Assembly: GCF_000143415.4 (NCBI RefSeq)
Contig: NW_003314364.1
Span: forward strand, 197,725-228,744
Length of the DNA stretch: 31,020 nucleotides
Source: Selaginella moellendorffii
Taxonomy: Eukaryota > Plantae > Lycopodiophyta
Direction: 5' to 3'
Positions 1 through 9,605 of the stretch are shown in pieces. Every line of letters begins with the position of its first letter. The first letter of the stretch is position 1. The position numbers and the translations under genes were made by a program. The notes under the pieces are model-generated. The model saw nothing but the letters and a program-made list of their open reading frames with translations. It did not search any database and was not told the DNA's origin.

Positions 1-507
1 GATGGGAATGTGGTCGCTATTGAACGAGGAGAGATGGTCGTCGGGGTAAATGTTGTTGCTGCCTTGAAAAATCTTCAGAAGAAAGCAGATGTGAGGGACA
101 GCGCAAGTGCGACGCATGTTCCCTCCGTGGATCTTAAGAACCGTGCTACATGGATTCAGGCGAAGGTGTTTCTAAACAACCCCGAGGGGGAGGTGGTAGC
201 TGAGGGCTTAGCCACAGTTGTCGATCCAAGAGATGCGGTTGCTAATCAAGAATTGGGCTGGGATGATATTGGAGTTGCGATTTTAGAGGTTGTTGACATA
301 GAAGAAAATAGTCTGACTATTGGAAGCATTGTGCGGTGGAAATTGAGGCACTTAGTGTTTGAGAATGTGAAGGATTCACAATCAAACACCACTACAATTG
401 ATGACAGAACATCTCTTCATGGGAAAAGAAAGTACACCTTCCTAAAGCGCAGCCAAAGGAATCTGAGCAATGAACCGAAAAGGCAGAAAATGGCGATGGA
501 GGTTTGA
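1..507 (+). CDS. N-terminal part of a transposon protein, open from the window start; probably the 5' portion of the downstream transposase
   Basis: Frame open from base 1. The motif VVAEG...VDP...V....LG resembles a domain common in plant DNA-transposon proteins. Basic NLS-like stretches (GKRKY, PKRQK). Overlaps the transposase ORF out of frame. Confidence 0.5.
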   Translation, partial: DGNVVAIERGEMVVGVNVVAALKNLQKKADVRDSASATHVPSVDLKNRATWIQAKVFLNNPEGEVVAEGLATVVDPRDAVANQELGWDDIGVAILEVVDIEENSLTIGSIVRWKLRHLVFENVKDSQSNTTTIDDRTSLHGKRKYTFLKRSQRNLSNEPKRQKMAMEV

Positions 508-2528
508 ATTGGAAGATGTGAATCGGGAACTCCAGAGTAATGGCTACAAGAAGCTGAGCCAATCTAGATTTAGTAGATTGTGGAGCAACAGGTTCAGGGA
601 TGTGAGTATAGGAAAGTACTCCAGCTTTTCAAAGTGTGACGAGTGCACTGCTATCAAAATGGCTTTGTCGAAGAATTCTTGCAGCGCTCAAGAGCGAGAG
701 ACGTTGGTTAGAAGGCGGCTCGACCACAACATCGAGCAGAGAAGCTGCAGGACTGCATATTATCATAACAAGATTCTCTCCATGGAGAGACCTGACTCTT
801 ACCTCTGCATCATCCACGACAAAATGGACCAGAAAAAGACGTGCTTACCTCGACTCAATCCTGCCCCCAAGGCAATCTCTTCATCCATGCAGCTGCCTGT
901 GTCTCTGTTTGGCATAATCGCTCATGGGCATGGTGCCCAGAACTATGGGAACTTCTTTGTACCTCTATGGGGTGGCGGGGGTGCAAACATGATGATTGCG
1001 TCCCTAGCAAAACACTTAAGGTCTCTGCAAAGTGCGCAGACTGAGCTGAACAGCCAACCCTTGCATAAGGCCCTTGTCGATCGAACCCCATACAGGGTTC
1101 AGCTAGAGGAGGAGCAAAGGCTTGCAGTATCGCGTGGGGCCCCATGCCATCCCAATGAATATGTTGGCCGTCAGATTGTAGGGTTATCACGTGAGGCCTC
1201 ATGCCATTCCGACGAGGCTGGTCGCCCGGTGAATGCACAGCCTCATCCAAACGAAGCAGAATCTCAAGGAAGTTCTTGCGGCCGATGTGGCCTTCCACCC
1301 CATCTTCTACTCCAAACAGACAATGCTGGCAGTGAGAACAAAAACATGTACGTCTTCGCGTACTTGGCGATGCTTGTTGCCAAAGGCATATTTGAAACGG
1401 TTACACTTGGCTTTCTCATGGTTGGGCACACTCATGAAGACGTCGATGCCATGTTCAGTCACCTGGCAGAGTCCCTCCGGCGATCCAATGTCCTCACCCT
1501 CCCACAACTCTACGATGAATTCCAAAATTGCATCAAAGGCACTGTTGAAGCTGCACTTCTGACAGAGGTTCCAGACTTTAAGGGGTTTGTAAGAGGCTAC
1601 ATCAGGGACGGATCCGAAATGCTGATTGGCCACTCCAAGCCTCTTCAGTTTCATTTCAGCATGTGTGACGGTGCTCCAGTGATGAGGTACAAGATGAGAG
1701 AATGGGACACAGCGTGGCTGCCAGTGGACGGCATTGAACTCTTCAAGAGAGATCCCATAACTAGGGAACCTATGATTCCTCAGGGTTCCCCACGGCCGAT
1801 GCACCCGGATGGACTCAAAGACCAGGAAAGTATAGTGGCCGGGATTAGACAGCATATTGCCTTCTGGAAGAGGGGGTTGGTGTTTGGTGGAGAATCCTAT
1901 TTTCAGAGGTGCAAGCCTTTGCTCGAATACTGGGAGAAGATTATATCTGCTATCCAAAATGGGCCGGTTGTATATGAAGAATTGGAAGAGTCCTTTTGGC
2001 CAGAACCCAGAGCACCAGATAGTAGCGGAACAATGTCCTCTGGAAATGCAGTGACAGATAACGATGTTGAGGATCACTATTGTGGGCCGAGGAACAAGAA
2101 GCCGGATTCAGCATTCAATCCAGTACAGGTCTGCAAAGGAATGGTTGTGCTTGTCAGACCAAGTAATAAAAAACAAATGATATGGGTGGGGCGCTGCATC
2201 ACTGATGCAGAGGAGGACGCGGAAACTAAGTCCTTCAATGTAATTGTGGAGTGGTTCAAGCCAAGTTCCGGATATACGAAGGATTGCCTAGAAAAGAGAT
2301 GGGTGCTGAATCCAAGGGATCCCAGCATGAGCATATCGGTGGATAATGTTGTGCATGCTTGGATGCGGAAGCAGAGTGCCACCATCACCTTGCCAGACCA
2401 TGCAAGAGATGCAACAAGAGCATTCATAACCCGGGTTCAAGGTGAGATTCATTAATATTCCTTTACTAAGTTTCTAATGTATTTTATTTCAAGGTGAACA
2501 ATCCGAATCTGAATCAGAGGAGGCGTGA
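470..2528 (+). CDS. DDD-type RNase H-fold transposase (Sola-like/DUF7869-like); last exon 2494-2528 after intron 2442-2493; probably frameshifted or deleted at its 5' junction
   Basis: 661-aa ORF with motifs FSRLW..F..V.I...S.FSKCDEC, IIHDKMDQKKT.LP, LQTDNAGSENKN and FLMVGHTHEDVDAMFS (candidate D/D/D triad). Splicing GTGAG...TTCAAG (52 nt) gives ...RVQGEQSESESEEA*. Confidence 0.8.
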
Positions 2529-2737
2529 TGGCATGTGGCCTGAAGATGATGTGATTTATGCATTTACCAATCACACGTGCATAAATCTAATAATATGGCG
2601 TGTGGCCCATATTAATGGCACATAAACCGATAGTGTGGGCTTACGTGCTTTATGTACCATCATTCCCTTGTAGCGTGTGTGTTGGTTTCCTTTTATAACA
2701 CAACGAACTCCATATTTTAGGGTGAAGAGCGTTCTCA

Positions 2738-2994
2738 TGGCAAGCACAAAATCTGTAAGTGAGGCAGAAAAGGAGACGGAGAAGGAGATAGGTGAAGATG
2801 TAGAATATATAAATCTTCCGGGCTCCCCGTACTATACTCCAGGTGATCATTTTTCTGAACAAACGGCAACATTAACAACTATCGAGAACGCCCCAGTAAC
2901 GTCAGAGACAACAATCCAAAGCAAAACAACTGACCCGGAGAAGGATGATAGTACCGCTGAGAGTACCAAAAAGGAGGTGTCCACTAGCGCTTAG
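2738..2994 (+). CDS. Short acidic/Thr-rich ORF or exon inside the transposon 3' region
   Basis: Protein-like composition (MASTKSVSEAEKETEKEIGEDVEY...) within AT-rich flanks, with a TTTAG acceptor-like site at ~2720. No family recognised. Confidence 0.3.
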
Positions 2995-3000
2995 GCTTAT

Positions 3001-3125
3001 AATGGCGTGTGCCCTCATGCCATTTACTTGATCACCAAATACCTTTTTCCCTTTGCACTAGTATATCTTAATACCGGTCTGAGAAATAGAATGGCATGTG
3101 CCCTCAGGCCTTTTACTAAATCACC
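3001..3125 (+). repeat. Two 36-bp direct repeats (3001-3036, 3090-3125)
   Basis: AATGGCGTGTGCCCTCATGCCATTTACTTGATCACC vs AATGGCATGTGCCCTCAGGCCTTTTACTAAATCACC, 31/36 identical. Confidence 0.85.
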
Positions 3126-3656
3126 TTTGAAAGAAATGCAAGCCTCTATGTCGTAAAAAAAAGGTACTAGAGAAATTCCTTAATAATATGAATGTTATTT
3201 AGTTTCATGAAAATACACTAAGGGTCAAATGAGTTAAATGACTTCTCCAGACTAGCAATGCCTCTTGCTACACCTTCACAATTAGATTCGTTAGAAAAGG
3301 ATAACATTGAATAATATCTAAATGTTCTCACCATTAAGTTATATGTCTGGCTAATAGGAATGACGTTCATCTTGGAAAGCTCACCACACGCTCAATGAAC
3401 AAACAAATAGTGTGTGCGCGCATGCCATCACTCTTCTTTAGCTTCAGATTCGGCTTGTTCACCTTGACAATGAGATTTATTATACAACCAGATGGACTCA
3501 GTCTGGACACAAAGTCACCGCGCTAGTCACCATGCCCCAGATATGTCTAGCCCCTGGACAAAAAACATATAATTTCACGTCATTTTCAAATACTTGAAAA
3601 TTTGTACCTAGTCCCATTTTACTGAATAAATCCCACTTTAACGAAATAGAGCTTAA

Positions 3657-4482
3657 GAGAGCAAATGTGACTTTGCTCAACAAGAGGTAAAGTTTCTCGG
3701 GCATGTGGTGGGCCAAGACGGGCTCAAGGTGGACCCGGAGAAGGTCCAAGTGATCTAGGAATGGGAGCGACCATCGAATGTACATGAGTTGAGTGCGTTC
3801 TTGGGGCTATGCAACTACTACCGAAAGTTTATCAGACACTATTCAAGAGTGGCAGTGGACACATTCACGGCGGAAAGACTCAACATTTGGAATCTAGTGA
3901 GGGATTCCTTGGAACGGGCGCAACAAAGGAAAACCAAGTACGCGAACCAGAAGCACCGGGACGTAGAGTTCCAAGCTGGGGAGAAGGTGTGGCTGAACAC
4001 CAAGAACCTCAGGCTACCAAGTGGGATCAGCCGAAAGTTGACCCAAAGGTAAAAATGCATGTATTCCTGTAAATGAATTGATCTTGAGTTCCTTAAGCAG
4101 GTTCGCGGGGCCTTACGAGATTGAGGCTCGAATCGGTAAAGTGGCTTACTGTCTCCGACTTCTTCGAGAGATGGGGAAGATACATCCTGTGTTCCATGTC
4201 AACTTACTCAAGCCGTATTTTGAGGATCCACTTCGCAAGGACCAAGTAAGACCTTTACCTGAGGTTATCCAAGGGGAAGAGGAATACGAAGTGGACGCCA
4301 TCCTCAATGCGCGCAAGAGCAAGTGACAAGGACGCGAGGTGAGAGAGTTCCATGTGAAGTGGAAAGGATTTCCACACTGTGAAGCAACATGGGAACCGGA
4401 GGAGAACCTAGCGAATGCGCGAGATCTAGTGGAGGAATTTCTGCAAGGCAGAACTCTATGTACTTATGCAAAGTTCAATTAA
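3657..4482 (+). pseudogene. pol: Ty3/Gypsy chromovirus pol remnant: RT C-terminus, internal deletion, integrase C-terminus (GPY/F) and chromodomain
   Basis: [18 protein letters not shown]...VDPEKV..I*EW..P..VHELSAFLGLCNYYRKFI jumps at ~3855 to RAQQRKTKYAN...FQAGEKVWL...KLTQR|FAGPY...IHPVFHVNLLKPY...EYEVDAIL...FHVKWKGFPHCEATWEPEENL. Stops at 3756 and 4324. Confidence 0.93.
4049..4100 (+). other. Putative 52-nt spliceosomal intron inside the integrase
   Basis: AG|GTAAAA...TAAGCAG|GT. Exact removal restores KLTQRFAGPY in frame. Confidence 0.75.
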
Positions 4483-4644
4483 AAGTATCAATTTGAGAAG
4501 TTGAGCAATGTCATATGTTGAGACCCGAAGGCGCGCCGAAGGTAAGCTAATTAGCATGGGTTAGCTAGGTCGACCAGGCATAGGGAGCTACGCCCGACTC
4601 CCTGCGGGGATGTCGAACCCGTAGACGTATTCTATGGAGGTCGG

Positions 4645-6413
4645 TGTGAGACACAAAATCCCTAGGCCCCAAAGTGGAGCCGGAAAGGGTGCCATATGGT
4701 AGTGGCTGAAGCGAGAGCCAAACGAGCGTAACACGTTTGGACCAAAAGCTCCGACTTGAAAAGTCAAGAGCGGGAGTGGAACTCCCAACGAAGTGCTCAA
4801 GGAACGAGCACGAAGCGAGCAAAAAGCGAGGCTCCAAAAAGGGACCCAAAAGGACCAACACATGACATGTGGAAGTGTCCGAGATGGACTCGAGTTGGAG
4901 TCTGAAGTGGAGTCCGAGATGGACCTGAGTTGGAGTCTGAAGTGGAGTCCGAGATGGACCCAAGATGGAGTCCGAGGTGGACCCGAGATGGACCTGAGTT
5001 GGAGTCCGAAGTGGAGTCCGAGATGGACCCAAGATGGAGTCTAAGGTGGACCCGAGATGGACCCGAAATGGAGTCTGAGATGGAGTCCGAGGTGGACCCG
5101 AGATGGACCCGAAATGGAGTCCGAGATGGAGTCCGAGATGGACCCGAGATGGAGTCCGAGATGGACCCGAAATGGAGTCCGAGATGGACCCGAGATGGAG
5201 TCCGAGATGGACCCGAGATGGAGTCCGAGATGGAGTCCGAGATGGAGTCCGAGATGGAGTCCGAAGTCGAGACCGAGACCGGGACCGAGACCGAGACCAA
5301 GACCAAGATCGGGACCGAGAACGAGACCGAGGCCGAGGCCGAGACCGAGCCCGAGTCCGAGTCCGAGTCCGAGTCCGAGTCCGAGTCCGAGTCCGAGTCT
5401 GAGTCCGAGTTCGAGTCTGAGAGGGTGAAAGCCCAAAGCGTTCGTCTCCCAGACCCTGGGGGGTTTGGTGAGCTCCAAAAGTATAGTAGGGGGAGGACTG
5501 CAGTGGAGCCAGTTTGGCCAGGAAAGGCCAGTTTGGCCCAGGAAGGCCGGACCCAGTGTTGGGTGATGAGCTGCCCACTGGGAAGTCCAAGACTAGAGTG
5601 AACACAGACCGACAAGCGGGGTAGCTTGGTGAAGTGTTCAAGAGCCGGCTCTAGTTCCCCGAGAGATCGACTGGCCGATGCTCCCAGTCCAAGTGTGGGT
5701 GGCACTACCTACTTGAATACCTGGTGTGGCTCAACAGAACCCGCTCTAAGCCCATGGCTAGAGCACCCAAGGGCAGAAGGTGAGGAGAGTACCCAGGTGG
5801 CTCGCGTAAGGCCACGGTGTTCCGAAATGTTGTCCCAAAGGCCCAGACTGTGGAAAGGAAGAGGAGCAGTCCTCTGGGGTAGTGACCAAGGACACAGTCG
5901 TGTGGTGAGGAAGTCCCAGAGGACCGTGGGACTTAGTGGTCGGGCCTGTGGGCCTCGATCCAGTGGCAGTGTCGGCAAACACGGCCAGGGGCAGAAAGGG
6001 ACTTAGTGGGGACTGACAGAGGGATATTGGGGAAGGATATTCCCCTTGTCGGTGGGCATCCTAAGGATGCTAAGGAGTGAATCTGAGATGACCACTCACG
6101 GAAGGTTTGCCTAGTCTTGGAGAGCCAAGACGGTGATGCAAGTGGTATTGGACTACCAGTGTGGCAAAGGTGATTGGGCATGGCCTTAGCGTAACGGGCT
6201 GCTATGTCGGTGGTACCTTTGAGTGTCGGTCATGGGATCAGACACGTGGAGCACTTGGACCAAGTGCAAAAGTTGAGTGGCGGGGATGCCATTCTCGGGG
6301 CTAGCAAGCCCAAGTCTGAAATAGGACTTATGGAGGTTGTGATTGAGACTCCTCCAAGTGGTCGGAGGTGTGGTTAAGTGACTAAAGTAGAATGGAAAAA
6401 TTAGTCGCTTACA
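4645..6413 (+). mobile_element. Solo LTR, family A (1769 bp), inserted in the chromovirus 3' UTR
   Basis: TGTGAG...CTTACA ends, colinear with LTR 19513-21345. Flanks GTCGG/GTTGG (4/5 TSD). The flanks rejoin into a sequence homologous to 23867-23907. Confidence 0.92.
4876..5420 (+). repeat. CpG-rich minisatellite in LTR A (GAGATGGAGTCC/GAGATGGACCC units, then GAGACC, GAGGCC, GAGTCC hexamers)
   Basis: Directly visible. It generates the repetitive six-frame ORFs. Confidence 0.95.
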
Positions 6414-6480
6414 GTTGGGTTCGAGTCCCAACCCCCTAGTAAAGCAAAGCTGGGTTCAAGTCCCGACCCCATACTAGGGC

Positions 6481-6594
6481 GTGGTGAGGTGAGGAGTATA
6501 GGGACACCTATATTCCATTGTCATGGGCTCTTGGCCGGGGAGGCTAACTTAGGCACACCACTAAGTGGGGGGATGCCCCCGGAGACATGATCAA
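6481..6594 (+). ncRNA. Putative structured cis-RNA (four-way junction plus possible pseudoknot), copy 1
   Basis: Stems covary with the copies at 23945-24058 and 24126-24236 (see findings). Confidence 0.6.
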
Positions 6595-6618
6595 CAAGTC
6601 GTAGGATAAAAAAGAGAC

Positions 6619-6659
6619 GTTCGATGTGGGCATTGAACTTCTTCTATGGGTGGTGGAGT
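6619..6659 (+). promoter_or_regulatory. Hairpin and polypurine tract preceding the 3' LTR
   Basis: GTTCGATG-TGGG-CATTGAAC, then TATGGGTGGTGGAGT|TG. Same arrangement as 25406-25446. Confidence 0.8.
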
Positions 6660-7804
6660 TGTAAGGAAACAACTCGTTGAGGTGTCGTAGGCTAAAGGAA
6701 CCCTGAAAGCATGACCAAAATGTCAAAGAGTTCATCGGATGGGACCAAGTCGAAGATCGAGTCCAAGACTGACTCGGAGACCGAGTTCAATATAGAGTCC
6801 GGAATCGAGTCCGAGGCTGACTCGGGGACCGAGTTCGAGACCGAGTTCGAGACCGAGTCCGAGATCCGAAATCGGGTCCGAGACCGAGTCCGAGGTCGAG
6901 TCCGAGGTCGGGTCCGAGATCAGGTCCGAGATCGAGTCCGAGACCGAATCCGAAGTCGGATCCGAAATCGAGTCCGAGATCGAGCCAAAGACTAAGTCCA
7001 AATACTAATACGGGTCAAGGGGTGAAAGCCCAAAGCGTGCGTCTCCCAGGGGGGGGGGGGGGGGGGGGGGGCTACAGGGGGTTCCAAAAGTATAGTAGGG
7101 ATAGTGAGGTCCAGGAACTAATTTTGAAGGGACTCTCCAGTGGGGCTTCCAAACTAACTTGAGGTTGAGACTAGGACCGAAGGGCCTTGGGTGGGAGTGA
7201 GTATGGACTTGGTTGGTGCCGGAGGGGCCATCCAAGGAAATGCTCAAGAGCAGCTCCCACTCCCGAAAGGGAAACCGATTGCGGTGCTCCCGGCTCATGT
7301 GGAGTGGTGCCCCACTTGAGTACCATGCGGCTCATTAGTCCTCGCCCTTCCTAGGGGCTTGGACCTTCCCTTCGGGATGGAAGTGGGGGGGTAGAGGTAC
7401 CCATACCGGGCCGTTAGGCCACGGTGTTTCGCCCCGACGTCCCGAAGCAAGTGCTGCACCCAAGGCTTGGGATTTAGAGGGTCCCATGATCAAGTCTTGT
7501 TATACCAAGGGGTGTTAGGAACCTAGAGGCTTGGTGTGCTTGGCTGCTTGTGCCTGCGGGGAGTGTAGCCGAACCTTAAGTCCAGTCTAACCCGGGGAGG
7601 GGGATTGGGAGAGATTTGGGAATCCGTAGATGGATGGTTAACACTCCGTTGCTTGTGCAGTGAGTAGCTGAAACCAAGTAGGACCAAGTAAAAGCTGGTA
7701 CAATAGGCGAGAACTTTGGCAAGGGAACTTAGCATAAGCCAAGGCAATGTTGGTCGGATAGACAAGGAGCTGGCAAATTGGAAAGGAAAAATTTGTGGCT
7801 TACA
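6660..7804 (+). mobile_element. 3' LTR, family B (1145 bp), of the chromovirus
   Basis: TGTAAG...CTTACA 6-bp inverted ends, follows the PPT, homologous to ~28712-29853. Contains CCGAG-rich repeats (~6745-7000) and G23 (7049-7071). Confidence 0.9.
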
Positions 7805-7805
7805 A

Positions 7806-7853
7806 TATGTATGTATGTATGTATGTATACATATATACATATATACACACACA
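7806..7853. repeat. Compound microsatellite (TATG)n/(AT)n/(AC)n
   Basis: Directly visible. Confidence 0.9.
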
Positions 7854-8562
7854 CTACAAAGTAATTATATTAATGTTAGTACAATTGGATTGAATCTTGT
7901 CCATTCATTTATGTATACAAGCAAATCAAAATATTCATATCTCACACTGCTATATATGTTAAAATCTATAAAATAGAAACTCTACATTTTCGTAGTTTAA
8001 GCCAAGCATTGGTGTGCAGATTGCTTATATATCTACTAGGCCTTCTTTGAAAGCAGCCATTTCCAGACTCTAAAATCAACCTCATTATAAACCAAGATGC
8101 ATAGTTCTTTTGTTTGATTAAGACTTTACTTTCAGATCCCAGGCTGCCTAGGCTGCTAGGTTATTAAGCTTGATGGCTATGGAAATGCATTTGAATAGCT
8201 TGTGGATATGAATGAAACTAACATGCTCATATAGTAACCTAAACACTTTACCCCTCTTCCCTCATATCACAAATATTTCAATAGCAAGAGCAATGGAATG
8301 TGTACCTCCCTGAGTCCCTTGAACTCTCTATCAAGGACTTTGACCACATGGACCATGACAGACACAAACTTGAGCTTTAGTTTGGCTCCAGCCCCTGCCT
8401 TTGCTCTTTTCCAGTTTTGAGCATATCTTTTCCAGTTTCAAACATGTCAAAACTGGACTCTATGGTTTTATAGAAACTAAATAAGTAAAACCCAATTGAC
8501 AAATATTTTAACAGCATTTCTTCTCCTAACTTTCACACTAGTGAACAATGTCATTGTTTATG

Positions 8563-8658
8563 TCTTTCTTTCGTTCTTTCTTTCTTTCCTTCTCTCTCTC
8601 CTCCTCCCCTCCCCCTCTTTGTCCCACTTCTCTCTTCCTCTTCCCTCCTCTCTCTCCT
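8563..8658. repeat. CT-rich low-complexity tract
   Basis: Nearly pure pyrimidine run. Confidence 0.85.
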
Positions 8659-9605
8659 ACAATACCCACACCAAGGCAGAGATGTTACCTTAACAAACAA
8701 ACAAATATGTTTAACACAAGTCTGAAAAGTTAAGCAAACACCTAACACTTATAAGGTCAACAGTAGTATCTTACCATGATGCTGGTTGGTAGTGGTAAGT
8801 GATACAAGACCATAGCGGTGACTATGGTGAGTGCATGCAGCAGCCCCAGTTGCAATGGTGACAACAGGAACGAGCATTTGTGAATATGTATGTTCAGATT
8901 GTGACTGACATACTGAACACAACGTTGGTTCTGGTCAAAACAGTTGATAATCAACACAAAAAAAAAGAGACTTACAAATTGACAAGTGAAAAAGCCTTCA
9001 CATTATTTAATGATACAATAAGTGCTGTTGATCTTATTGTGAAGAAAGCGAGAGCTTGTGGCTTGTTGCAGTTGTATGGATTTTTTTTTTTTTTTTCTTT
9101 GTCATTTCAGTTTTTGAATGATAAAGAAATGATTTAGGCTCAAAGCCGAGTCAACATGCTTGAGATCTATTTGGTTCCGTAGATCTAAGAGGGAAATCCA
9201 GACTGCTGTGTGGTCCTCCTGCTGCTTGAAGTTGAATTTGGACTTGTACTGGGGAGAGAATTGCTCTGAACTTATGTAAATAGTATCCAGAGTTGATGGT
9301 GAAGTTCACCGGGGTGACTGCTGGGCAACTGGAAGGGGCGTTCCAAACACGTTTGGTATGACAGAAGTGTGTTCCGACTGTGGTTTCGGGAGCTCTGCAG
9401 TCTCTTCGTCCAGTATGATACTTTTCCTGCTTCTGGATCTGATATCAATCTTTGATTGTCGTCTCCTGCTGCTACGTGATTTGCTGGTTTGCATCTCCAG
9501 TACCCAATCCAGCCATCATCTCCTTTGCTATCAGATGCGCGATTTCCTGAATTCTGCTTTGCGCTTAATGGTAAACTCATTGCAAAACACTGAAATCATC
9601 CCAAC

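Larger units (their letters stand above)
1..3655 (+). mobile_element. 3' part of a DNA transposon inserted into a Gypsy RT; right end at about 3652-3656
   Basis: Transposase followed by repeated ATGGCRTGTG motifs, then an abrupt switch to mid-RT coding sequence at 3657. The left end and TSD lie outside the window. Confidence 0.6.

Noticed and set aside
3001-3125. CRISPR-like 36-bp palindromic repeats with a spacer
   Set aside because: Only two copies, eukaryotic transposon context and no cas genes; treated as subterminal repeats.
4565-5705. Long SD/RS/GL/ES-repeat ORFs (also 19478-20622, 25346-26556, 30116-30913, 6711-7001, 28676-29272)
   Set aside because: Open in several frames on both strands because the LTR minisatellite lacks stop codons; no evidence they are proteins.
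9150-9605. Additional 3' exons of the CR-like gene (possible introns near 9550-9608 and 9267-9310)
   Set aside because: Splice-like sites exist but I could not build a stop-free frame; unresolved without RNA data.
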